DNA from: an uncultured Acidobacteriota bacterium
GTDB lineage: Bacteria; Acidobacteriota; UBA6911
Assembly (NCBI GenBank): GCA_963827655.1
Contig: CAWHCF010000025.1
Span: forward strand, 73,189-137,188
Direction of reading: 5' to 3'
DNA: 64,000 bases
Shown here: positions 1 to 9,504 of the stretch, in pieces
How positions within the stretch are numbered: the stretch's first letter is position 1
How the letters are laid out: every line of letters begins with the position of its first letter
The notes under the pieces: generated by a model
Databases searched by the model: none
What the model saw: the letters and a program-made list of their open reading frames with translations, nothing else
What the model was told of the DNA's origin: nothing
Program-made: the position numbers and the translations under genes

Positions 1-170
1 TCGCAAAAATTCAGCGAACGCCCTCGAGTTGACCTGAGCTCGTTTGGCTTGTCTGGCGCGGGTCTGATCACGACCTCAACCTTAAGAAGTTCATTTTAGT
101 GCCGCTGGGAAGGCCGGACGGGCTTGATAGCCAGTCCGCACATGAACCGGGCGAGTTTTGCGACCGCCTC
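1..170. repeat. REP/BIME-like palindromic composite repeat, copy A (cut by window edge)
   Basis: AAGTTC..GTGCC..GCCGGACGGGCTTGATAGCCAGTCCGCAC, shared with 48810-48860 and partly with 23530-23580. Confidence 0.6.
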
Positions 171-226
171 AACAGACCCGCGTCACAGACCAAATTATTT
201 CACAGCTTCTCAGGGCAAGGTGCGCT

Positions 227-3200
227 TCAAAAATAAAAGTGCAGCGCGAGCTGCATGATGCGCGAGAGACGCGTCGAGGTCACCTGACCGAACAACGGAT
301 TCACCTGGTTGCCTGCCGTATCAAACCTGGCCGTGGTGTCCAATCCGAAATACTGGGTGTGATTGAACGCATTGTACATCTCGCAGCGGAACTGCAAGGA
401 TTGGTGCTCGCTTCGCCCGAGCGGGATTCTCTTCAAAAAGATCAGATCCCAGTTGTGGATTCCCGGCCGGCGAAACACATCCTTGGGAGCGTTGCCGAAC
501 GTTCCGGTAGCCGGTCTGCCAAAGGCATTGGTGTTGAACCAGCGGTCGAAGCTCGCGCTCGTCCCGCCCGAGAATCGGATTCTGCAGCATCACCACACGG
601 GCGCCATCGCCGCCGCCCGTGATGTCCGCATTGTCCGTGGTGGTGAAGCCGATGCCCGAAGGGGTGCCGCTTGAAAACGTCGCGATGCCATTGAATTGCC
701 AGTTGTCGAACACCGCGCGCACGAACGCATTCGGGACCACTGTGCTCAGCTTCGGCAGATCCCACAGGTAGTTGCCCACCAGCTTGTGGGTCTGGTCAAA
801 CGAGAGCTTCCCGTAGTTCCAGATTCGGTAGTCTTGATACGTGGGAAGCGTCTGCTGGTCCGAATCGGTCAGTCCCATCGACTTCGCCCAGGTGTAGGCC
901 AAGCCGAACTGGAGGCCGCGCGAGAACTGTCGGTTCACGTATACGTGCAGCCCGTTGTAATTGGAGGTGCCGGAGTATTCCTGGTAAGTAAGGTTGGTGT
1001 ACCCGGGAAAGGGCCGGAAGAAATTGTCCGGCAGCGCGATGCTCGGATTCGTAGGATCGGCATTACTTGACTGGAATCGGGCGCCGTAGGGAACGACGTT
1101 GAGATTCCGTCTTTGAACCAGGTGGCGGCCCACGTTTCCAACGTAGGAAACATCCAGCACCGTGTTGAAGCCGAGCTCCTGCTGAATGCCGAAGCTGTAG
1201 TTATACACGCCCGGAGTGACTGGGTTCACTTCGTTCGCAAACACCGAGCTCGGGAACAGAACCCCCTGGGCGCTCAGGAACGTCTCCATGTTGTTGTAGA
1301 AAATGTTCGGGCTGAACGAGCGAGGAGGCTGCTGGGTCACCTGATTCATGATTTCATCGGACAGCATGGCCTGTTTGGTGATGCCGAAGCCCGCGCGAAC
1401 CGCGGTCTTGCCGTTGCCGAACAGGTCCAGGGCGAAGCCGATTCGGGGCGCAATCTGGATTGCTTCCTGTTCGACGAAGCCGTCGGGAACCGACGGATCG
1501 TTCGCCAGCACCATGCCGTTAGACGGGTCGCCGGTTCCGGGTACAAAAGCGCCGATAAACACGGCTGGAGCGAACTCACCTGTGGCCGGATTCTGGGCCA
1601 CGCGGACCCCACTGCCATCTCTCGCAGGCCGATAGAAAAGAGGGGCGCGCGCCGGATCGTAGCGGTCGAGAAGCAGGATAGAGCCTTCCCGCTCCGGCTC
1701 GCGCAGCAGCCACGGGCTGTAGCGCGAGAAGCGGAGTCCCGCGTTTATCGTCAACCTGCGAGTGGCCTTCCACGTGTCCTGGGCGAACCACTCCAGGAGG
1801 TCGCCGACGCCCCATCCGCGGACTCTCAGGGTCGGCTCGACATACGATCGGAAGTTGCCGGTCAGCGCATTGGAGAAGGCCCAGTTGGTATCGAGCGGGT
1901 TGTTGGGATCGCGGGCAAAGTCGAAGTTGCCGGAGAGATTGTTGGCGCGCGGGCCCTCGCTGACCCAGTTCCGCTCATAGTACACACCGAACTTGAGGGA
2001 GTGACTCCCGCGGATCCAACTGAAGTTGTTTACGATATCCAGTCTTTGATCGCCGGCGTCGATGGGAATGCGGGCGTCGAACGCAATGTTCACCGGGTTG
2101 GGGACTCCGCCGAAGGAAGCCGCGGGAATGAAGTTCGACGGATTCACTTCCGGGTTGAACTGGCCGAGCGTCATGCCGTTGGCGGACCGGATCAGCGGCT
2201 CGAAGCCAGCCGGGCTCTGATATCCACCATGGCCGCGCTCACCCAGGTCCCGGAACCCGATGCTGAATTCGTTTACCGTGCTCGGGCCGATCACGCGGGT
2301 CCAGCCCACCTTGACGCTGTCTTCCGTGAACAGGTAATGGTGCCGGAACTGCGGCCAGTTGGAGTTCACCGCCGCCATGCCGGCCGAGGAGCGACCATCC
2401 GACCAGTAGTTCCTGCCGCGAATCGTGATGGTGTCTTTCGGCGCGGGCATGAAATCCAATTTGAGCAGGTTGGTATTCTTGGGTTTGTCGCGGATCTCCT
2501 GAAACTGGTAATTGTAAGCCCCACCGGTAACACTCCGATCCGTGACGTTGGGCATCGGGAAAACATTCAGCAGCGCCTGACCGTTCCGGCTGATACGGCT
2601 CTGGGGAATCACATTGCCGGGGAAGGCCGATCCTGTCACCGGATCCCTGATGATGATCAGCCTGTTGTTCTGGTCGAGGGTCTGGGAGAAGTCCCCCTGG
2701 CGCTCCAGAGCCGTCGGCGTCGTTAACCGGCCAATGTTCAGAGGCTCTTTGACACGCCAGTCTTCCCGGGAATAGAAGAAGAACGCCTTCGACTTGCTGA
2801 CGTTCCATTTGCCCGGGATGTAGATGGGACCCCCAATGGTTCCGCCCAGGGTGTCGTAACGGAAAGGGGGCTTGGGCAGACCATCTCTGTTGTTAAAAAA
2901 ACCGTTCGCGTTGAATTGCTCGTGGCGCTTGTACCAGTACAGGCTGCCGTGAAACTCGCTCGATCCCGATTTCGAAACCATGTTGATCTGCGGCCCGGAG
3001 TTGCGGCCGTATTCGGCGTTGTAATTGGTGAGCACCACGTTGACCTCGCCGATTGCGTCCACGCTCGTGACCTCGTTGAAGAGCGAGACCAGGTGGGCGT
3101 CGCTTCCCATCTGCCCGTCGAGCGTCACCGTGTTCCAATAGGAACGAGTACCGGAAATGTTAGGCGTAAAGGTTCCATAGAGGCCGCCGAGGTCATTACC

Positions 3201-3758
3201 CAGCCCGGTGTCGGTTTCACCGGCCGGCGCGCCGTCGCGGATTGCGCCTTGCGAGACGCCGGGCAGCAGTTTGACCATGTTCATTACGTCGCGGCCCCTG
3301 ACAACCGTACGGTCGAGTTGCAGAGGAGTCAGCCGGGCGCTTGTCTGGACGCTCTCGGTAGAGATCTGTGAAGTGTCCGCTGATACGGTCACGATCTCGG
3401 CCGCAGCTCCCACCGAGAGCTGAATCTGCCCGACCGAAACCCGCTCATTGGCGGTGAGAACGATCCCGCTCTGCTCGAAGTTGCGGAAGCCGGCGCTGTT
3501 CACCTTGAGGGTGTACGTACCCGGCGGGAGCATCGCAAATACAAAGGTTCCCGACTGGTTTGTCACGCCGGAGCGCGCCGCGCCGATGCCTTCGCGAATA
3601 AGCTCCAAAGCAGCCCCGGCAACCATGGCGCCCGACTGGTCGGTAACCGTCCCGGTGATCTCGCCCGTTATGGTTTGCGCAGGCCCGAGGCCCGGAAAGC
3701 ACACAGCCCAGAACGCTGCCAGAACGAGCACACCCCTCGCATCTCGAAGTGTCCGCAT
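227..3758 (-). CDS. TonB-dependent receptor, carboxypeptidase-regulatory/Oar-like (one frameshift near 554)
   Basis: Signal peptide, ITGTVTDQSGA, NYNAEYGRNSG, SKSGSSEFHGS, QDTWK. The C-terminus (FRCEMYNAFNHTQY..RIMQLALHFYF) lies in another frame; one extra base at GAGCGC-G-AGCTTC. RBS GGAGG before ATG 3758. Confidence 0.9.
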
Positions 3759-3953
3759 AGGATTCCTCCTGGTCGGAATTACATCGGAGTTTCCATTGGG
3801 GGACTTGTGATTGCCGACCAGTATACACCCGATTAAACCGCCAAGACTCAAAGTTCTTCGACTTCGCCAGCAACGCCCCCGTACAACACGTCGATTCGAA
3901 CGTCCACAAGTGCAAAGACAGGCTGCATCTTCGCGGTTCGCTGCGGACGAGGT

Positions 3954-5407
3954 CTATCCCGTCGGGCGAGGCGTGGTATCCAACAGTGCGCCGAGCCAGG
4001 GCTGTTCGTAGACCTGGCGCACCCGGCGACCGAAGGCATTGCTCTGCGGCGCGCCGTGCGGCTTCGACCGCGCGAAGCCGATCTGATAGAGCGTGGCCAG
4101 AATGTCGGGGCGTCCTCGAAGGCCCCAGTCGGGGTTTGTTGCCTCCCACTGGTTCTGATAGAGGGCGAGGATCAGGGCGCACATGGCAAGGTTCGACTGG
4201 GCGTCCAGGAGCGCGTTGGCGACGATATGCCTCTCCGCGGGGACGGGAATCGGAGAGATCACAGAGGTCTGCACCGCGGCTGGCAGGGTCCACTCGTCAG
4301 GGACGGGCTCAACGTCTCGATACGAGTAGAACGCCGGCCTGGGGAGGTCGTCCGGCTTGTGCCCCGTTGCCAGCACGCTGGCTGTCTGCGCCGTGCGCGG
4401 CTTGATCTGTGCCAGGCCGACCGAGATATCAAGCGAGCGATTGAGCAAAGGATTTTCGTCCGTTCCGAGCTCGTCCATTCGATCGGGCGGTCCGAGCCCG
4501 AGATCCCCGCGCATATTCTTGCCCCATGCGCTGATGACGAGGCGCTCAAGCGCGCCCCGGAAGGGCGAAAGCTGGTCGCGATGGGTGACGTAGACGATTG
4601 AGGCGATCAACCGCGGGTCGACATCGTAGCGCGCTGCGGCCGCGCGGATGGAATCGCGATGGTCGCTCACCAGCCTCCGCACGGCCGCGTCCGACCGGCG
4701 GTGTGCGGCGAAGGCGAACGTGACGAGCGCCACACCCACCACGCCCGCTACGGCGACGCGCGCCGCGCGGTCCGGCAGGAGGAACAGGCCATGCCGTCCG
4801 GACGCCTGTCCCGAAGGAGTGGATGTCGAAAGAAGGTAGTCCCACAACAGGACAGCAGGAATGAGGTAGAGGGGGCAGAGTCTCAGGACGTTGAGCGCGA
4901 ACGGAACGGCGAAGTCTTGTTCCATTCCGTCACGATAAGCAACCAGGCGTCCTTGATGGTATAGATCAGCAGGCACGCGAGCCCGGCCACAAGCAGCGCG
5001 CGCACGCCGGCACGCAAGGCGCGCGAGCGAGGATCGAGCGCGGCACCGAATACCCTCACGGTCCAGAACAGCGTCAGCAGGATCCACGCGATGGTCGTCA
5101 GAGGCGCGAGCCACCAGTCGGCGCCGGATCGCAGCGTCGAAAGCGCAGGCTTGAAGATCGCAAGGTAAAGCACGGGGTTGATCAAGCCGAACCCGATCTC
5201 CAGCGCAAGCCGCACCCACCGGCGCATGAATGCCGGCACGGAGGGCCAGGGCTGCCGTCCGCGTGAGTGTGACGCTGCCGTCCAGATCACCGCCGCGAGC
5301 AACGCGAGGTTGACGAAAAAGACCGACGGAATAAGAAGGAAGGCCATACCGTAGAGGACATATGCCCTGGCGAGCCAGATGCCGGCGAGTTCGATCAGTC
5401 CGTCCAT
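3954..5407 (-). CDS. Multi-pass membrane protein with C-terminal lysozyme/SLT-like domain (frameshift near 4905)
   Basis: Hydrophobic helices in ORF 4883-5407 continue in ORF 3954-5480; IRAAAARYDVDPRLIASIVY, SVGLAQIK, LATLYQIG. Confidence 0.6.
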
Positions 5408-5420
5408 GCGCGTTCTCCCG

Positions 5421-5508
5421 TCGCGTTTCTTGGCGTCTTCGTGGCTTCGTGGTCAGCGCTGCCGAACAGAATACCACCAAGACTTAAAGACGCGAAGAAA
5501 CACCAGGA
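5421..5508. repeat. Octamer-based intergenic repeat, inverted pair
   Basis: CTTGGCGTCTTCGTGGCTTCGTGGT ... ACCACCAAGACTTAAAGACGCGAAGAAACACC. Confidence 0.8.
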
Positions 5509-5585
5509 CATTCCAAAACGATGTTGCGGGATATTGAGAAATAGCCTGGGGGTGCGGTAGCCTAATCGCCTGTGGAGATCGAACA

Positions 5586-6053
5586 ATGAAAGCCGAAACT
5601 AAGACTGAAACCAACGTCAAGCAAGCCGTGCCGTTTTTCGGAGTGACCAACATCGAAGAGTCCGTCCGCTATTACGTCGACGGCCTCGGCTTCGAGATGA
5701 CCCATAAATGGATAGACGAGGGAAAGCTCCGCTGGTGCTGGCTTCAACACGGGGGCGCGGCCCTGATGCTCCAGGAGATCGCGAAGGAAGGGCCCCATTC
5801 CCAAGTGCCGGAAGGGAAATTGGGCCAGGGCGTATCGATCTGCTTCATCTGCGAGGATGCCCTGGCTATCTACCGCGAGGTGACCTCGCGCGGGATTCAA
5901 GCCTCGAGACCCTTCGTAGGGAACGGGATGTGGGTCACTTCGCTGTCGGATCCCGACGGCTACATCATTGAGTTCGAGAGCTACACGGACGTACCCGAGG
6001 ACACGGAGTTCTCGGAGGACAAGGATGCTGAACCGTCAGGGAGACCAGAATGA
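5586..6053 (+). CDS. VOC/glyoxalase (bleomycin-resistance-like) protein
   Basis: VPFFGVTNIEESVRYYVDGLGF ... SLSDPDGYIIEF. Confidence 0.85.
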   Translation: MKAETKTETNVKQAVPFFGVTNIEESVRYYVDGLGFEMTHKWIDEGKLRWCWLQHGGAALMLQEIAKEGPHSQVPEGKLGQGVSICFICEDALAIYREVTSRGIQASRPFVGNGMWVTSLSDPDGYIIEFESYTDVPEDTEFSEDKDAEPSGRPE

Positions 6054-6436
6054 AAGCCGTATTCAAGACCGCCGTGCCTTACCAGGCAGACGAAATGAAC
6101 CTGCCAGTGGAGAATCTGGATGCCGCCATTCCTTTTTACGAAAGGATAATGGGGTTCCAGGTTGTATCACGGAAAGATTCCCCCTGTCAGTCCGCTGTTC
6201 TCGGTAGAGATGGCATTCAGATAGGTCTGGCCGAAAATGGGGGCGACCCATCCCAGGATGGATGCTTCTTCGAAGTTGATAATGCCGAAGCGGCCTTCGC
6301 GGAATTGAAGTCGAATGGCTTGGAAAAAGGGGAGGCCGGCTTCCGAATTGACCGTCACGGAGATACTTCTTACAAAGTTTTCTTTGTCATAGCACCGGAC
6401 GGGCTTTGTTACTGTCTGGGTGAACGGCAGAGTTGA
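6050..6436 (+). CDS. VOC family protein
   Basis: LPVENLDAAIPFYERIMGF ... FFVIAPDGLCY; ATGA overlap with the previous gene. Confidence 0.8.
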   Translation: MKAVFKTAVPYQADEMNLPVENLDAAIPFYERIMGFQVVSRKDSPCQSAVLGRDGIQIGLAENGGDPSQDGCFFEVDNAEAAFAELKSNGLEKGEAGFRIDRHGDTSYKVFFVIAPDGLCYCLGERQS

Positions 6437-6455
6437 GAGTCGCTTCGTATGATTC

Positions 6456-6495
6456 TTATGTTTCTTCGTGTCTTTGAGTCTTAGTGGTATTTGTT
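6456..6495. repeat. Octamer-based intergenic repeat, single copy
   Basis: TGTTTCTTCGTGTCTTTGAGTCTTAGTGGTATTTG. Confidence 0.75.
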
Positions 6496-6506
6496 AAACA
6501 GCTCTG

Positions 6507-7859
6507 TCATTTCTTCACTCCAGGTCTTGCGCCCTGCTCTACCAGAAACTTCACGACGGTCTCGTACTTCAAGGCCTGGGCAGCGTCGAGTGCCGTGCGG
6601 CCGTCGGTGTTGGCAGCATTGACATCGACGCCAAGTTCCTGCGCCAGTTTCACGGCCTCGAGGGTCAGCGCTTCGCGTTCGCCGGGGGCCGGCTGAACCC
6701 ATGGCGTTCCGCCGCCCATTCCGGTCGCAGCCATCAGGGCCGTCGTCACGTCCTTCCGCCGCCCACCACCCTCGCCCGCAGCGTACTCGGCGCGGTGTAC
6801 GAACAGCGGATCGGCGCCATGCTTCACCAGGAGGCGCATAACGCCCGGTTGGGTGAAACGCGCGGCCAGCCAGAACGGCGTCGCTCCTACCAGTGCGGGC
6901 GGGAAATTGAAGTCTTTCGAAGAGCGGCGAGTGGGAGTCCAGGTCCGAAGTGGAGCGCTCGGATCCGCGCCGCGCGCGAGAAGAGCGGTTACGGTCTTTT
7001 CGTCCCGGCGCATGATCGCCTCATGGAGCGCAGTAAAGCCGGCCGCAGCCGCGTTCGGGTCGGCGCCTTTCTCGAGCAGAAACTCGACCAGCTCTCCATA
7101 ACCGGAGTGAGCGGCGAGAACCGTGGCGCTGACTCCCCAGGCATCCGCGTCGTTGACGTTGGCGCCGGCAGCCACGAGGAGCCTGGCCGAGGCCAGGTCG
7201 CCCACTCGCGCGGCAAACATCAACGCGGTGTCGCCCCCATGCGGGATCGCGCGGTTGTATTCCGGAAGACCATGGGGAGGTACCGCCATCACCTGGCTCC
7301 AGACCTCCGAGCGGGCATGGATGTCCGCGCCGTGCGCGAGCAGCACCTCTACGACGTCGGGGTGTTTCTGCGCCACCGCCCACATGAGCGCGGTCTGACC
7401 GCGCGCGGCGCGCGCGTTCGCGTTGGCGCCCCTGACAAGCAGCTGTTTGACAACGTCCGGATTGCCCGAGCGACACGCGACCATCAGGGGGGTCTCGCCC
7501 AGCAGAAGCGCCGCATTCGGGTTCGCCCCAGCCTCCAGCAACCTCCGGACCATGGCCGCGCTGCCGTTCAGGCTGGCCGTCCAGAGCGGCGTGGCGCCAA
7601 GATCATTGGCCGCGTTCACCTTGGCGCCGGCGCGAATAAGCAGGTCGGCGCTTTCAACATCATCCCGGTAGCTCGCCCAATGAAGGGCGGTCGCGCCATC
7701 CACATCGGCTGCGTCGACGCCCGCTCCCTGCTTGAGCAGAGCTCGCAAGGCATCGCGGTCGGCGTTCTTGGCCGCCCGAATCAGCGGTGGCAATTCGCGG
7801 CCGGCGGCGCCGATGAGGAAGACGGCCAGCAGTGGGATCAGGCCGGATGCCCTGCGCAT
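6507..7859 (-). CDS. Secreted ankyrin-repeat protein
   Basis: Signal peptide; repeated GxTALHWA/GxTPL..GADVNA motifs. Confidence 0.9.
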   Translation of the reverse strand: MRRASGLIPLLAVFLIGAAGRELPPLIRAAKNADRDALRALLKQGAGVDAADVDGATALHWASYRDDVESADLLIRAGAKVNAANDLGATPLWTASLNGSAAMVRRLLEAGANPNAALLLGETPLMVACRSGNPDVVKQLLVRGANANARAARGQTALMWAVAQKHPDVVEVLLAHGADIHARSEVWSQVMAVPPHGLPEYNRAIPHGGDTALMFAARVGDLASARLLVAAGANVNDADAWGVSATVLAAHSGYGELVEFLLEKGADPNAAAAGFTALHEAIMRRDEKTVTALLARGADPSAPLRTWTPTRRSSKDFNFPPALVGATPFWLAARFTQPGVMRLLVKHGADPLFVHRAEYAAGEGGGRRKDVTTALMAATGMGGGTPWVQPAPGEREALTLEAVKLAQELGVDVNAANTDGRTALDAAQALKYETVVKFLVEQGARPGVKK

Positions 7860-7871
7860 CGTCCCTCCTTA

Positions 7872-8023
7872 GGGCTCGCGCAGAAATAACTTCACATTCT
7901 GGCGCGAGAGTCGGTGGTCAATCATGAACCGGTTTCTGTTCGCTAAGCACGCTGAGGATCGCGCCCCTTCGGGCTGCGGTCCCAGGCCCGCAGCAGAATG
8001 CGAACTTATTTCTGCGCGAACCC
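7872..8023. mobile_element. MITE, 152 bp, with TTA target-site duplication
   Basis: TIRs GGGCTCGCGCAGAAATAACTTCACATTCTG / CAGAATGCGAACTTATTTCTGCGCGAACCC; TTA at 7869-7871 and 8024-8026. Confidence 0.85.
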
Positions 8024-9364
8024 TTACACCCCGGAAAGCGTATCGATCGAGAGCCTGCCGGTGCTGCCGCCGTGCCGTTCGACCGGCACGGCGAGCTTGT
8101 CCATCAACGTCACCAGCAAATTGGCCATCGAGGGCTTGTCGGAATAGTTCAGATGCCGGCCGCCCTTGAGCCGTCCCGCCCCGCCCCCGATCACCAGCAG
8201 CGGCAGGTTGTCGCCCGAGTGCTTCGTGCTGTTGGAAATGCCCGAGCCGTACAGGATGGTCATGTGATCCAGCAGCGAGCCGTCGCCGTCGTTCGTCGCG
8301 CGAAGCTTGGCCAGGTACTGCGAGAACAACCGGGTGTGATAACAGTTGATCTTCGACATGCGCTCGATCAACTCGGGAATATCGTTGTGATGAGACAGCG
8401 GATGGTGCGCCTCCGGCACGCCGATTTGCGGGTATGGGCGGGCGCTCTGTTCCTTGCCGATCATGAACGAGATGACGCGGGTCAGGTCAGATTGAAGCGC
8501 CAGAAGCTGCAAGTCCAGCATCAGGGCCAGATGGTCTTCGAAAACCGCCGGTACGCCCTGAGGCTGCTCAATCGCCGGCAGCTCGACGTCGCGCTGTTCG
8601 TCCGCTTTCTGAATGCGCCGTTCGACGTCACGAATCGACTCCGTGTATTCATCGACCTTAACCCGGTCTTGCGGGCCCAGCTCCCTCTTGAGGTTCGCCA
8701 ACTTTTCCGTCACCGAGTCCAGAATGCTTTTCTGCTGCCGTAACCTCTCTTCCCGCGCCGCCCGCTCCGTGCTGCCGCTGTCGCCGAACAGCCTCTCGAA
8801 TACAGCCCGCGGGTTGTACTCCATGGGCAACGGCTGGGTCGGGCTGCGCCACGAGATCGTGTGGGTGTAGGCGCAACTCAGGTTGCCCGTGCATGCGCCG
8901 GCATTGGCGGGGGGATCCATAGCCAGCTCGAGCGATGCCACCTGCGTCTCGCTCGCGAATCGCCTCGCGAGCAGCTGGTCGATCGACACGTCCGCGATGA
9001 TCTCCACTTCGTTTCGTCCGCCGCGCGTCGTGCCCGTCAGAAATGACCCCGAGGCGCCCGCGTGAATGTAGTTCCAGCTCGCGCGGATGCCCGACAGCAC
9101 CAGCATCTGGTTCCGGAACGGCGCCAATGGCTCCAGAATGGGTGAGAGTTGGAAGTCGCTCCCCTCACCCTTGGGCGACCAATACTCCATGGCCATTCCG
9201 TTCGGCACATAGAACGTCTGGAACCGGTGCGCCGGCTTCGCGGCGGCCTGCCCCTTGCGCGAGATCGCGGGAAGCATCGCCTCCAGCAATGGCAGCGCCA
9301 TGGTTGCGCCCAGTCCCCGCAGGACGGTCCGCCGCGGCAGCGATTTTGCGGTCAGGAAATTCAT
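8024..9364 (-). CDS. DUF1552 (HXXSHH) protein with Tat-like signal
   Basis: LPRRTVLRGLGA, YVPNG, SLEL, NPRAVFERLFG, HHPLSHH, EGDGS-like DGDGSLLD. Confidence 0.9.
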   Translation of the reverse strand: MNFLTAKSLPRRTVLRGLGATMALPLLEAMLPAISRKGQAAAKPAHRFQTFYVPNGMAMEYWSPKGEGSDFQLSPILEPLAPFRNQMLVLSGIRASWNYIHAGASGSFLTGTTRGGRNEVEIIADVSIDQLLARRFASETQVASLELAMDPPANAGACTGNLSCAYTHTISWRSPTQPLPMEYNPRAVFERLFGDSGSTERAAREERLRQQKSILDSVTEKLANLKRELGPQDRVKVDEYTESIRDVERRIQKADEQRDVELPAIEQPQGVPAVFEDHLALMLDLQLLALQSDLTRVISFMIGKEQSARPYPQIGVPEAHHPLSHHNDIPELIERMSKINCYHTRLFSQYLAKLRATNDGDGSLLDHMTILYGSGISNSTKHSGDNLPLLVIGGGAGRLKGGRHLNYSDKPSMANLLVTLMDKLAVPVERHGGSTGRLSIDTLSGV

Positions 9365-9376
9365 GTCGGTCTCCAA

Positions 9377-9504
9377 GGCTCGCGCAGAAATAACTTCAGA
9401 TTCAGGCGCGAGAGCCGGTGATCAATTGTTGACCGTGTTCACTGTTACCTCCGCAGCCTGGCAACCTCAGTATCGCGAATGCGAACCTATTTCTGGGCGA
9501 TCCC
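9377..9504. mobile_element. MITE, second diverged copy
   Basis: GGCTCGCGCAGAAATAACTTCAGATTC ... GAATGCGAACCTATTTCTGGGCGATCCC; the first ~55 bp resemble the 7872 copy. Confidence 0.75.

Noticed and set aside
194-214. AATTATTTCACAGCTTCTCAG as an IS end
   Set aside because: Single short match with no partner end or transposase
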